Source of the DNA: a virus
Lineage: Duplodnaviria; Caudoviricetes
DNA length: 56,378 nt
Strand: one strand, 5' to 3'
Virus record (IMG/VR): IMGVR_UViG_3300017779_000007
Coordinates: 1-56,378 of that record
Made by a program: the position numbers and the translations under genes. This document shows, in pieces, positions 43,459 to 53,058 of this stretch. Under the pieces are notes generated by a model. That model saw only the letters and a program-made list of their open reading frames with translations, was not told the origin of the DNA and did no database searches. Each line of letters begins with the position of its first letter. The first letter of the stretch is position 1.

Positions 43459-45237
43459 TTAGAAAATGCTGGAAGCGGAGTTAATATAATCGCGAACCTT
43501 CGTCGCCTCGCCGTCCGTCAGAGTCTCGTCGAACAGGTAGAGGTATTCGAGGTCGATGGCAGCGTTGCCGTTACCGTCATAACGTCCACCAATAGTGAAC
43601 TTCTCCGAAGACAACCCACTGAGGTCGAGAGATTTGGTTTTAGCGTCTGCATTGTTGACTTTAGAAACCTGCTCGCCATCAACTGCTTTTAATTCATGAA
43701 GAACTGCTCCTATATCCTCGTCGTATGTTCCATCGTGTCCGTCTTGAAAAGCGTTGTTGTAATACCAACCAACTTTGTCGGCGGTAGTCTGACGAAGGGA
43801 GAATGCCAGACCTCTCGGATTATTATAGTCAGTCTCGTCTGGATCGGTGGAATTGACGGCGAATACTCTGGCGTATGTCTCGCTGCCATAATTAACGCTA
43901 AACGCCACAAACATGTATCCTCCGCTGGTAAGCGATTGGTTAAACAAACCACTCATGAAATTATCAGAACCGTCGAATCGGAGGAATGGTCTGCGAACCA
44001 AAGTCGCAGGGTCTTCCGTGTTGCTCTTGTTGATGGTTACCGTCTGACCTGTCGAGCAGGTAAACGAGGATGCCTTGTGGTCTGCATCGGAGAAGTCAAT
44101 GTTAGTATTAGATCCTTCGCTTACGCTGAGTATTGCCCCATTTAGACCTCTACCATTGCCCCACCCGATTTGCGTGGTGGATGTTTGCAGTATTGCAACT
44201 CCAGAGGTGGCGGTTTGTTGTAAAGAGCCATCAAGGTAAAGTGCAACAGTATTACCTACCCTTGTCACTCTGGCTGTGTGTTCCTGACCTTCGGTAATTG
44301 CGTCAACGCTGGTTCTAATGTCAATACTTGGGTTTGTGCCATCCCCTCCGCAGAAAAAATAAAGTAGTTTTTGATGGTCATAGAAACCAAAATGTAATCT
44401 TCCACTCACACTCCCTTGGTATTGCGATAGAAGGTGAGAATACCCTGTGCCTGAAGCGAACTGGTTAATAATAAAATCAATGGAGATGTCAAAATCAGCC
44501 GTTGCAGGTATTACAGGGGCATTTACGCTCGCAAAGTTACTGCTCACGGCTGGGATATACAAATGACCGTCACCGACTGGAACGTGGGCGCGTGGTTGTT
44601 TGGTCGCTGTTGTCTGGGTCGCGTTTGCGCCTCCACTCACTCGGTTGTCTAAGGTGGCGACCAAACCAAGGTTTGACGCAGTCGGGGGTAGGCTACTAAA
44701 GGATGTGGCGACACTGCCTTCTTCGACCTGTGGCATTGCGATTTCTACAGAGTCGCCTTGGGTGTTTACCCAAATCCCAAACCAAATATCGCCATTACTT
44801 GCGTTGCCAGTAAAGGTGCGTTCTACTCTAGTCCACTCTTCACTAATTTCGCTGGTGATGTTGGTAAGATTACCTTGAGCGGAGTATTGGTGGTAAAGTT
44901 GAATGGTTCCAGTTCCCGATACCCGTCTTATCCAAAAGCTGCCGGTGTAAGTTGTCCCTGCGGTGGTCTCAATGGGAGGAGTGCGGAAAGTTCGGTGTGT
45001 TCCACCAGACGCTTCAAAGATTTTTGACGGTTCACCAAGGTAACCTGACCCATCGGTCAGCGTTGTAGAACTGGCCGCGATCCAATTAGAGAAGTCAGTT
45101 TTTGTAACTAAGTTGGTGGCTGCTGCCAGCATCGAACTCCCCGCCTCAAATGCCAGAATCGGGTTGAGGGATAAGGGGTCGAAGGGGGAGAACGCTCTAC
45201 CCCTACTAAGACCTAAACCGAGACCGAGCCGAGACAT
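43459..45237 (-). CDS. Carbohydrate-binding (CBM/LamG-like) fibre, putative head spike fibre
   Basis: N-terminal LGLGLGL; TYTGSFW..PQVEEG..AT; H...VTR.G....LYLDG; LRFDG.D. Confidence 0.7.
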   Translation of the reverse strand: MSRLGLGLGLSRGRAFSPFDPLSLNPILAFEAGSSMLAAATNLVTKTDFSNWIAASSTTLTDGSGYLGEPSKIFEASGGTHRTFRTPPIETTAGTTYTGSFWIRRVSGTGTIQLYHQYSAQGNLTNITSEISEEWTRVERTFTGNASNGDIWFGIWVNTQGDSVEIAMPQVEEGSVATSFSSLPPTASNLGLVATLDNRVSGGANATQTTATKQPRAHVPVGDGHLYIPAVSSNFASVNAPVIPATADFDISIDFIINQFASGTGYSHLLSQYQGSVSGRLHFGFYDHQKLLYFFCGGDGTNPSIDIRTSVDAITEGQEHTARVTRVGNTVALYLDGSLQQTATSGVAILQTSTTQIGWGNGRGLNGAILSVSEGSNTNIDFSDADHKASSFTCSTGQTVTINKSNTEDPATLVRRPFLRFDGSDNFMSGLFNQSLTSGGYMFVAFSVNYGSETYARVFAVNSTDPDETDYNNPRGLAFSLRQTTADKVGWYYNNAFQDGHDGTYDEDIGAVLHELKAVDGEQVSKVNNADAKTKSLDLSGLSSEKFTIGGRYDGNGNAAIDLEYLYLFDETLTDGEATKVRDYINSASSIF

Positions 45238-45244
45238 GATGCCG

Positions 45245-45490
45245 TTATACTTGGTTGTATGCGAGAACCTTGCCGGAGGTCAAGGCGAACGAAGTGATCT
45301 GACCGTAGATAACCGTTCCGGCAGGAATGGCGAATCCGGTCAAAGTTCCAGTCAATTCGGGCCAAGTAATTGCGCTGAAGTTAGCTTCTTCCAGCACCTG
45401 AAGGGCGCAGAAATCGCCTGAAGCACTGCCGCTTGTTACGCACACAGCTCCGCTCTGGCCGAAGGATTGTTTGTCGATTTTATTAGTCAT
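45245..45490 (-). CDS. Small beta protein, putative head spike base (81 aa)
   Basis: IPAGTVIYG..T...LTSG.V.AY; directly upstream of LGLGLGL protein. Confidence 0.55.
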   Translation of the reverse strand: MTNKIDKQSFGQSGAVCVTSGSASGDFCALQVLEEANFSAITWPELTGTLTGFAIPAGTVIYGQITSFALTSGKVLAYNQV

Positions 45491-45493
45491 GAA

Positions 45494-46459
45494 TTAAATA
45501 ATGTTTGGGGTGTTGAAATTGTTTCCGGTTGGTCTAAGGGTGACTTTAGGCTTCGCGGCTCCTCTGGTGGCGTCCAGTTCCTCATCGAGAAGCTGGCGGC
45601 AGATCGTCCAGTGATACTGGGCGCGTTCCAAATCGGCGTTGTCTTCCGCCAACATACCCAAAAGACCGTGCTTGATGACATTAAGGTTGCCGAGATACAA
45701 GATGTCGTCCTGCGTCAGGACTGGCTCCCATGCTCGTTTGAGTAGTAGTTTGACGTTTTGAGTCGTTCCACTGCTGTTAGAGAACCTGAATCGGCGGTAT
45801 CGAGCTACCCCGTCGCCTTTGATTTCTGCTAGAGTGGTTGTTGTGGCAACACCATCGGCGGTTACTACAGCGACAAGGCGGATTTTATCTGGAATTCCGT
45901 AATACGAGACATTCTTAATCTCAATAAGTTCACTTGTGTCAATAAACTCAGAAAAACTACCTCCCGAAAGGGGGATATTATAATTGCTGCGATTCTGACC
46001 TACTACCATATCAATGGTAACTTCTCCATCAGAAGGCAACTGTACGGTCGCGTTCGTTTGTTGATCGACGGACGGTATGGGGATCGCTTTTATGGAGATG
46101 GTATAAGCAGAGCTGGGATAAGATATTTCCTCTATAGTGGGGTGAAACCCGTCGTCCACAACGCCGAAAATGGGCGCAGGTCCGTCACTGGCGTAGCCAG
46201 AGATCCGGTAATCGTGCCACTGAGACTGCGCCTCTACCGGAGAATTCTGCAACATAGCCCCTAAAAGGCTGTCAGCGTGTTCGGGCAGCGCGAAATAGTC
46301 GTTCGTGGTCTCAATAGACCAGTCATACAGAAGATCCCGCCACATCCCCATAGCGTAGAGGCGGGGCATGACCATGTTCAATTTCGCCACGATATCCTCA
46401 TCGGGGCGCACATAGTCGGATAAGGCTTTGGTTACGGCCTTGACAGTCAACGCTGGCAT
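45494..46459 (-). CDS. Putative head-tail adaptor (P22 gp4/T7 gp11-like)
   Basis: Helical termini (LN....L...G.W...; LP; I..G......D...A..W) around a beta insert. Confidence 0.55.
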   Translation of the reverse strand: MPALTVKAVTKALSDYVRPDEDIVAKLNMVMPRLYAMGMWRDLLYDWSIETTNDYFALPEHADSLLGAMLQNSPVEAQSQWHDYRISGYASDGPAPIFGVVDDGFHPTIEEISYPSSAYTISIKAIPIPSVDQQTNATVQLPSDGEVTIDMVVGQNRSNYNIPLSGGSFSEFIDTSELIEIKNVSYYGIPDKIRLVAVVTADGVATTTTLAEIKGDGVARYRRFRFSNSSGTTQNVKLLLKRAWEPVLTQDDILYLGNLNVIKHGLLGMLAEDNADLERAQYHWTICRQLLDEELDATRGAAKPKVTLRPTGNNFNTPNII

Positions 46460-46465
46460 AGGCCG

Positions 46466-46494
46466 AATATAGTCGGGTTAGGCCGTCAAGTCAA
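46466..46494 (-). promoter_or_regulatory. Sigma70-type promoter, likely leaderless
   Basis: TTGACT-17 bp-TATATT-6 nt-ATG(46459). Confidence 0.65.
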
Positions 46495-47262
46495 TCACTG
46501 AGAAATAGGGGGTAATCCTAAGCCACGGCGTAGACAGGCTCCGAGACGGGTGTCACTAGCAAGAAGATCGTCCGGCCCGTCGAAGCGGTCAATGAGTCCT
46601 GCCAGCGCATGGCGCGATGCTATAACACCCCAAGAGTTGTAGCTGGCCACTTCTTCGTCAGTTCCGCCCTGCTCCCACAAACCAATCTCCATGCAATTGA
46701 TTGGAGTAACCAAGTGCGTAGGTAGCTCGATCCACTGCCCCCAGCTATTGTTATCAAGGGACTTCCGAACCGCATCAGTAGCCGCCTCCAACCACCCAAT
46801 TGCGCCATCCTTTTGTTCAAGCACGTCCAGTGCGAAGTCCGCTGAGTCACGGATAACCTTAGAACCAGCTCTACCAGCAAAGAAGTTATCCATCCAACCC
46901 CCACTCCACTCTTTGTATCCGACGAAATCGAATCCGCGAGCCATCTCGGTAAGCCAAGAAAGATCGGACCAACAAATATAATCCATGTCCACCCAAGCCC
47001 CTCCTACAGTCACGATAAATTTCTTACGTATCCAATCCACTCGGTGTGTGCAGTAAGCTTTTTCGAGGACTTTCGGAAGTGGACCCAATGAATCTTCCAC
47101 ATCCTGCCTCCCTATCAGGACGGCGTTGGGGTTGTGGTATTTGACAGTCTTCCAGCACAGGTCATAGAACCAATGCCGATTTTTGCCCTCCCAGTAACAG
47201 TAGAGTTTATAACTATCGTCGTTTACTCTCTCTTTATCCACACTACCAAAACTTAGTCTCAT
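46495..47262 (-). CDS. Glycosyltransferase, GT32/capsular-polysaccharide-synthesis-like
   Basis: YWEG, HRVDWIR, GGAWVDMD (DxD), N.F.A. Confidence 0.8.
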   Translation of the reverse strand: MRLSFGSVDKERVNDDSYKLYCYWEGKNRHWFYDLCWKTVKYHNPNAVLIGRQDVEDSLGPLPKVLEKAYCTHRVDWIRKKFIVTVGGAWVDMDYICWSDLSWLTEMARGFDFVGYKEWSGGWMDNFFAGRAGSKVIRDSADFALDVLEQKDGAIGWLEAATDAVRKSLDNNSWGQWIELPTHLVTPINCMEIGLWEQGGTDEEVASYNSWGVIASRHALAGLIDRFDGPDDLLASDTRLGACLRRGLGLPPISQ

Positions 47263-47914
47263 TCACCTTACCACTAATATTGGACGAGCCTTCTCGCTGG
47301 CCTGCGATCCACTCTTTCGGGCAATAAACGCGCCAGTCTTTGCGTCGGTGGGCCACTTCTAGCTGGTGGTCGATGTGCTTGTTCGTATCTCGATAGTCTG
47401 TCGCGTAGGAGATGTGGCGGTATAGCTTCTCAAACGTAGGCTGGTTTACAGCGTAGGCGTGGGTTCGGTTGACAGAGCCGCCGATAATAACATTAGGAGA
47501 TCTTGTCTTTGAATTATCTCTCCGGTGCTGGCCACCTAAATATATCTGGCCCCAGTCGTCCGGCACGTCTTCCATGAACTCATTGAGTTTCTTTAACGCG
47601 TCTTCCTTGAAGATCACGTCGTCCTCCAATACCAATACGTTATTTAAGGTCAACGTATGCTGATTATCTCTAGTGTGTAGAACGTCTTCAAGGATTCGCT
47701 GATGTGAACGCAGGCAACCCCACGCTCCGTTTCCAGAATTCCAATCGGCGGGATGGGTTGTCCAGTCACCAATAATGGCTGGATAATAATGAACCCAGTC
47801 ATTATTAGCCATTCCGGTTTCTTCCAAATGCTTCTTCGTCTCTTCAAGACGATCCGGTCTGTGAGCGCAGTTTATCACGTAAACGCGGTCAAACCAGTCG
47901 GTTAGATTTTTCAT
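47243..47914 (-). CDS. Glycosyltransferase family 25-like
   Basis: VYVIN...RPDR, G..GC..SH, LVLEDD, W..IYLG, THAY, ID. Confidence 0.85.
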   Translation of the reverse strand: MKNLTDWFDRVYVINCAHRPDRLEETKKHLEETGMANNDWVHYYPAIIGDWTTHPADWNSGNGAWGCLRSHQRILEDVLHTRDNQHTLTLNNVLVLEDDVIFKEDALKKLNEFMEDVPDDWGQIYLGGQHRRDNSKTRSPNVIIGGSVNRTHAYAVNQPTFEKLYRHISYATDYRDTNKHIDHQLEVAHRRKDWRVYCPKEWIAGQREGSSNISGKVNETKFW

Positions 47915-48291
47915 GATTGTGAGTCTGATTCTGATACTGATGAGCTACTCTTAGCGGAACCACTAGAGCTAGAGCCACTAGAGCTAGAGCCGCTGTAGCT
48001 ACAAGACGAACCACTAGCGGTTACTGTGATGGTAAGTGCGCTAGATGAAGAACCAGAAGAAGTATCTACGTAATCTCCTGACGGATCATCTGCGTCCGTC
48101 CCCCCTACGTATTCGTCTCCAAAGGCATCCGTGTAGATCCAAGCAACTCCGTTCCATTGAATAGTCTGCTCTCCTCCTCCTCCTGTAGTGTAGAGACCCC
48201 TGCTTTCGTCCCAATCTAAATCGAAAGGTCCAGCTACCGAGCTACCGCCTGCATCGTAGTGGGTGGCTTGTGCATCACAAGGTAACGACAT
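47911..48291 (-). CDS. Ser/Gly-rich small protein (126 aa)
   Basis: C-terminus SGSSCSYSGSSSSGSSSSGSAKSSSSVSESDSQS; coupled to neighbours. Confidence 0.7.
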   Translation of the reverse strand: MSLPCDAQATHYDAGGSSVAGPFDLDWDESRGLYTTGGGGEQTIQWNGVAWIYTDAFGDEYVGGTDADDPSGDYVDTSSGSSSSALTITVTASGSSCSYSGSSSSGSSSSGSAKSSSSVSESDSQS

Positions 48292-49403
48292 TACTTTCTA
48301 GGATAGGCTGAGTTAATAAACTTCTCGTTAGCGATGAATTGCTCTCTGCTACGCTCAGGCATATCGAGATGCTTGAATCCTTTACGTACTCCGGTCAGCT
48401 TCAAAGTAACCTTAGTCGGCCTCAAGAAAGATAAAGGCCAAGCTGAGAGGATCACGTTGTTCTCCTCGACCACCGCGCCAACTGATCCGGCCCTGTCACC
48501 AGCTACGCCTGTTATGACCATTGAATCTGGCTCGCATACAGCTAAAAATCGATCATCGATTCGGGTTACGGTTTTGGGGCCGACCACCGGAACATCTCTC
48601 ATAACGAACTCAAAGAGAACCTCGTTGGACTCCATCGTGAACAGCGCACCGTATCCTTCGTCATGCCAGTCCATCGGCACGATAGCTGTTGATTTATCGG
48701 AACCGGAATCAGAGGTAGAGGTAGAGGTAGAGGTAGAGGTAGAATCAGAGCCGGAGCTACTGTCAGAACCTTCGCTGCCAGACGCTTCCTCTGGCTCCGC
48801 GAAAGCGGTTATCCAGTAAACGTCGGTAGATATGTTCTGGTCTAGTGACGGGATGTCGTAACCCGCGTCTCCCTCCGCGACGTTCCCGATTTTTACGTAG
48901 AACTTACCGCCGTCGTCATTAGGTAGGCTTTGTTGGTCCGGTGCATCTGGCCCCTTCAATTCACACGAAGTAACAGAACCGGCTGAGTCGGTTTCCCAGT
49001 AAAGATAGACATCGCCACGCCAATTTAGCCTATAGAATTTATAACGGTTCTCCCCACTCTCACCCTCTTCAGGTTTGAGTTGGTCGGGGGTAATTACTTG
49101 CGGATTAGTTATACCTGTTTGAGATACCAAACCGTCCGGCCCAATTACCATCTTGTTAATCTGATGAACCAGAACGCCGTAACAGATGTGTATCCCCTCC
49201 GCATTTTCCGCTTCTCCCTCACCGACGGGGCAGGGTCTCAGGGCAAAGGGATACGGTTTGTAGTCTGGAAGTTCCCTAGAAGTCTCCACAATAGATGACT
49301 CACCTCCTGTATCGAAAGAAATGTCGTAGTTTGGGTTATCCTGCGGCGCGTTGTTTAGCGGGATCGGCAAGTTGATATTCCCTCTTTCAAACGGTTCACT
49401 CAT
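48291..49403 (-). CDS. Putative virion protein with Ser/Thr-rich linker (370 aa)
   Basis: SGSEGSDSSSGSDSTSTSTSTSTSDSGS, encoded partly by (AGAGGT)5 at 48711-48740. Confidence 0.65.
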   Translation of the reverse strand: MSEPFERGNINLPIPLNNAPQDNPNYDISFDTGGESSIVETSRELPDYKPYPFALRPCPVGEGEAENAEGIHICYGVLVHQINKMVIGPDGLVSQTGITNPQVITPDQLKPEEGESGENRYKFYRLNWRGDVYLYWETDSAGSVTSCELKGPDAPDQQSLPNDDGGKFYVKIGNVAEGDAGYDIPSLDQNISTDVYWITAFAEPEEASGSEGSDSSSGSDSTSTSTSTSTSDSGSDKSTAIVPMDWHDEGYGALFTMESNEVLFEFVMRDVPVVGPKTVTRIDDRFLAVCEPDSMVITGVAGDRAGSVGAVVEENNVILSAWPLSFLRPTKVTLKLTGVRKGFKHLDMPERSREQFIANEKFINSAYPRK

Positions 49404-50651
49404 CTAAACAACGGGTTTGAAAATCTTCGTGGTCTCTTTCAACCAGCCTCCTCTAAACTTCTTAACAGTAGAAGACACAGTCATCTCCTCCGGCCAGTCG
49501 GTGTGGTTAGTCGCGTCGAAACTATAAACTCCGGCGGTGTAGACATACGTCTCATCTTCTGTTCCGTTAGTCACGCTTATAGACACTGGTCCGTGCAGCG
49601 TCTCCCTGACGTTCAAATTGAAGTAGGGGGTGGATACAGCGATTGATTCGGGCTGCATGGTCTTAGTAAGAGTATCTGGAGAAGGTTGACTGTCAGACCA
49701 CACAACCGAAACGACTGCTTTACACGGCCCTCTATACGCCCCTTTAGAGTATTTGACCCTTGGTGAGTAGGTCTCAGCACCGGATCTCTTCTCCCAGAGG
49801 TCAAAATAAATAGCCTCTAAGACAGGCGGGAAAGAGTAATTCACATACGAAGTATAGGAGAAGGCTCCGCCTCCGTCGGCTTTATTTACAACTTGTTGCT
49901 TTGTGACCGCATACCAGTTGTCTGAGAGTTGCTGCACCGTCCGTAAAATGCCGCCCGACGTTAATTTCCAGTATTCGCTGTTAGGGTCTTTTGCTAGAGC
50001 CGAGATAGAATACGATACCGAATTTACTAAGACTTGCTCAGTCGCATACATCAAGGTCTGCTTCGTGTAGTTCGTCTTTGAGAAAAACTCGTCGTAGTCC
50101 AGACGATACAGGGGGACTTTCTTAACGTAGACCCGCTGCTCGATGACATACAGACCGTTAAGCACCTTGTCGTTAATCGGGATCTGTTTACGCTGTGCCA
50201 GAACATACGTATCGTTATGAGACCCTCCAAGTTCATCAACTCTAGCGGTTGAGGGGAACTTATCGACCGGAACATTGGGAATAGTATCTCCCATCGCCGG
50301 AAGTTCTGGGTCGAACTCGCTACGGCGGATCACGTAGTCCCGCGCCACGGCGTCGAACTTAGTTCCTCCGATATCAGCTTCCGTATACGACCAGTTGTCG
50401 TTGTCCTGATCTAGCTGGTCAGCAGCGTAGTAGTAACGGTAATACCGAGTCTGTTGTTTAGGGTCAGCGGCCTCGACGTGGACCAGTCTGTGGTTTGGCC
50501 ACTTCTTGGAGTCTGGATGCTTGCTACCGTATTCCGGTATGTCCGTTCCGACCCGCTCTGCGTCTACGGACTCAAAGAATAAGATGTCGTTGACGTTCGG
50601 CGTGGGGAACGTGACGACTGACTGTCTCTGCGGTGATGGGTTAAGGGCCAT
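49404..50651 (-). CDS. Putative tail structural protein (415 aa)
   Basis: Beta-rich ORF in structural operon. Confidence 0.6.
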   Translation of the reverse strand: MALNPSPQRQSVVTFPTPNVNDILFFESVDAERVGTDIPEYGSKHPDSKKWPNHRLVHVEAADPKQQTRYYRYYYAADQLDQDNDNWSYTEADIGGTKFDAVARDYVIRRSEFDPELPAMGDTIPNVPVDKFPSTARVDELGGSHNDTYVLAQRKQIPINDKVLNGLYVIEQRVYVKKVPLYRLDYDEFFSKTNYTKQTLMYATEQVLVNSVSYSISALAKDPNSEYWKLTSGGILRTVQQLSDNWYAVTKQQVVNKADGGGAFSYTSYVNYSFPPVLEAIYFDLWEKRSGAETYSPRVKYSKGAYRGPCKAVVSVVWSDSQPSPDTLTKTMQPESIAVSTPYFNLNVRETLHGPVSISVTNGTEDETYVYTAGVYSFDATNHTDWPEEMTVSSTVKKFRGGWLKETTKIFKPVV

Positions 50652-50667
50652 ATCCGTTTATATCCGT

Positions 50668-51429
50668 TTAGGAGGTCGCAACTTTGATGACGGCGAAATT
50701 CACTTTGACGGGGGAGACGGGTGTTACATTGCTAGTTCCGCCGTTTCTTATAGAGATATCGCAAGTTCCTGTTGTTGTGTTAGTAACTGAAACTGACAAC
50801 GAGTCGTCTCCGTCTTGTAAAGACACAACCACAACATCGTTCGCTCCTATAGCAGTGTTGGTCAAAGTGAAATTAATCGACGGATTGGCCGGAGTGGAGC
50901 CGACGAAGGGTGAAAGATACGTATGAGAAGAGAGGAGGGTGATCACTCCAGAGGGGGCATTCAAGGTGACTCCTGTAGTAATACTTCCGGCGGGGTCTTG
51001 AGTCGCCGTGCCGCCAGATGAGTATCCTAGATCTGCGCTGGCTAGGATGTCGGGTGCGGTAACATCTCCATTTGTCACAGAGACATTACCAGTTCCAACG
51101 GAAACATCGCCTACTGACGTGGTAATATCACCACTTCCCGTAGAGATACTGCCAGATCCCGTAGATATACTGCCTGATGACACGGTAATATTTCCAGATG
51201 TTACGGAGATGTTACCATTGGAAGTAATATTACCTGTCGCTGAAACCGTGTTTGCCGTTAGACTGTTCATGGACAGGTCAACCGTGCCAGTAACACTCGT
51301 TGAGCTAGTAATCGCGTTAGGTCCGGCTGGTCCGGTCGGTCCGGCTGGTCCAGCTAACATGGTAAGAGAATAACTGGAATCAGTTACAGTCAGACTGTGC
51401 CGAAGCGATTCTGTGATTTGTACGTCCAT
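50668..51429 (-). CDS. Fibre protein (short collagen motif, 7-residue G-x-I repeats)
   Basis: GPAGPTGPAGP; GNIT/GSIS/GDVS repeats; TGVTLN..SG.IT C-terminal domain. Confidence 0.7.
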   Translation of the reverse strand: MDVQITESLRHSLTVTDSSYSLTMLAGPAGPTGPAGPNAITSSTSVTGTVDLSMNSLTANTVSATGNITSNGNISVTSGNITVSSGSISTGSGSISTGSGDITTSVGDVSVGTGNVSVTNGDVTAPDILASADLGYSSGGTATQDPAGSITTGVTLNAPSGVITLLSSHTYLSPFVGSTPANPSINFTLTNTAIGANDVVVVSLQDGDDSLSVSVTNTTTGTCDISIRNGGTSNVTPVSPVKVNFAVIKVATS

Positions 51430-51758
51430 TACTCAATAGTGATGCTGTCTTCGACGAAAACTTTCCCGTAAATCAAACGTGAGCGAGTTCCTGAAGCGGT
51501 TCGGAAAAGATCCCACTCATAAGTCGTGTTACCATCTAACTTTAAGGTCTCGGTTTTAGATATCCCGACAACCACGTTGTCGCCATCGTCTGTCATAGCA
51601 TCAAAAGACGCGACAAGAGGTTTCCCTCCGCCGCGTCTAATCTCAGCTTTTAACTCGGAGGCGGCTAAATTTACAGTTACACTTGCCAAACTGGCAGATA
51701 ACGTAAACGAAAAATCCTCTCCGCGAGCTACTATGATATTATGCTTTGCTGCTGCCAT
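51429..51758 (-). CDS. Small beta-sandwich fibre-associated protein (BppU-N-like)
   Basis: I.RGEDF, L......AEIR, Y.WDL, R.I.G.V.V...IT. Confidence 0.6.
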   Translation of the reverse strand: MAAAKHNIIVARGEDFSFTLSASLASVTVNLAASELKAEIRRGGGKPLVASFDAMTDDGDNVVVGISKTETLKLDGNTTYEWDLFRTASGTRSRLIYGKVFVEDSITIE

Positions 51759-52062
51759 CAGTCATTGCCTTTTCCACGGCGATGACGAAGTCTACCTTAT
51801 TCGGCTTGCCTTGTCCAGCGTCCGATTTCATCGGGCCACCATTGACAACGTAAGCGTGGACAGACTCCAGATAGTCGTTGGCGAGGGTCATTTTTGACTG
51901 AACCCAAGCCTCAGTCATCCTCGGAGAGCCGCAGCCGCACTGCTCCATGAGCTGCTCGGCGTTGGCCATAATGTTGGACAACTGCTGCTGGACCATCTCC
52001 AGATCCTTCTGAACATCGTGGTGATGCTCAGAAGGTTCCTCGGACTGGTATACGGTGTTCAT
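51739..52062 (-). CDS. Hypothetical protein (EAWVQSK.T.A.DYL pattern)
   Basis: ORF coupled to neighbours. Confidence 0.65.
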   Translation of the reverse strand: MNTVYQSEEPSEHHHDVQKDLEMVQQQLSNIMANAEQLMEQCGCGSPRMTEAWVQSKMTLANDYLESVHAYVVNGGPMKSDAGQGKPNKVDFVIAVEKAMTDGSSKA

Positions 52063-53039
52063 TAGGGATATTCACGATAAAACTGTAAAGCGAACTGGTT
52101 AGGGGACATTTCACCCAAACCACCCCGCTCTGCGAGCATGGACTTCATATTCTCAAGCTTTCCTCGGTCCGTGCGGGACTTTGGATCGAATGAGGTTCCA
52201 TGAGTATTCTTGAACAGAGCAATCGCTTGGTCTTCGTATCCTTCAGACACAACTTCAGCTTTAGGAGGAGCTGCGGCAATTTTCGCCTCACCCGCAGGCG
52301 TGTCGTAGTATTCTTCAAACAGCTCATCTGAGGTTGAGATACCCTCCGTTAGGTCGGATACCTTGTCTCCGACGGCTCCAACATACTTGTCTTTCAAAGA
52401 CTTTGCAGCTCCTGCGGGGTCTTTCAAAGATTCTGCGACTCCGCCCAACTTTTCTTTCAGGAGGTCTCCAAGTGCAGAAAAGTCGAGACCTTCGCCTCCT
52501 GCTTTTCTTGCTGCTTTTCTTGCTGCTCCTGCTGCTCCTGCTCCTGCTCCTCTTGCTGGGGCATTCAGAGCTTCCTCGATTCTATCGCCTGATTTCGTCT
52601 CAAAATCTTTTCCTTCTTCTAAGAGACGGCCAATTTTTGCGTCTTTTGAGGCGAGCGCGATATCCGCGATCTTTTCAGCGTCAGTCTTTTCCTTCGAAAT
52701 CGCGTCGAAACCTGCTTTAGCGTAGCCCATCTCGTTAACAACCTCATCGGCGTCAGGTAGCAGATTCGCTGGGTCTAGTAGGCTCACTGAACCTCCTTTT
52801 TCCCCCATTCGGATCTCGGGTCCATAATCATCTGCAAGCTTCGCTGCTGATTGGAGAACTCCTGCGGTGGCTCTACCTGCATCGGCTGCTGATCGTTTAA
52901 CGGCCCCAACGGCTTTGGTAGGTAGTGCTAGGAGCGATAGAATATCTCGCTCTCCTGCTTCCAGCATAGCTTCTGCTTTGGGGTTCTCCTTGAAAAAGTC
53001 GTTTGTGACTTTACCTAATGTTTCAAGTAACTTTGACAT
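52062..53039 (-). CDS. Ala/Lys/Gly-rich hypothetical protein (325 aa)
   Basis: Long ORF in late operon. Confidence 0.7.
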   Translation of the reverse strand: MSKLLETLGKVTNDFFKENPKAEAMLEAGERDILSLLALPTKAVGAVKRSAADAGRATAGVLQSAAKLADDYGPEIRMGEKGGSVSLLDPANLLPDADEVVNEMGYAKAGFDAISKEKTDAEKIADIALASKDAKIGRLLEEGKDFETKSGDRIEEALNAPARGAGAGAAGAARKAARKAGGEGLDFSALGDLLKEKLGGVAESLKDPAGAAKSLKDKYVGAVGDKVSDLTEGISTSDELFEEYYDTPAGEAKIAAAPPKAEVVSEGYEDQAIALFKNTHGTSFDPKSRTDRGKLENMKSMLAERGGLGEMSPNQFALQFYREYP

Positions 53040-53058
53040 AATAAGTGTTTCTTTCTGT

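Noticed and set aside
47234-47242. Perfect DnaA box TTATCCACA
   Set aside because: Single copy noticed, inside a coding region; about 0.4 expected by chance on both strands of 56 kb
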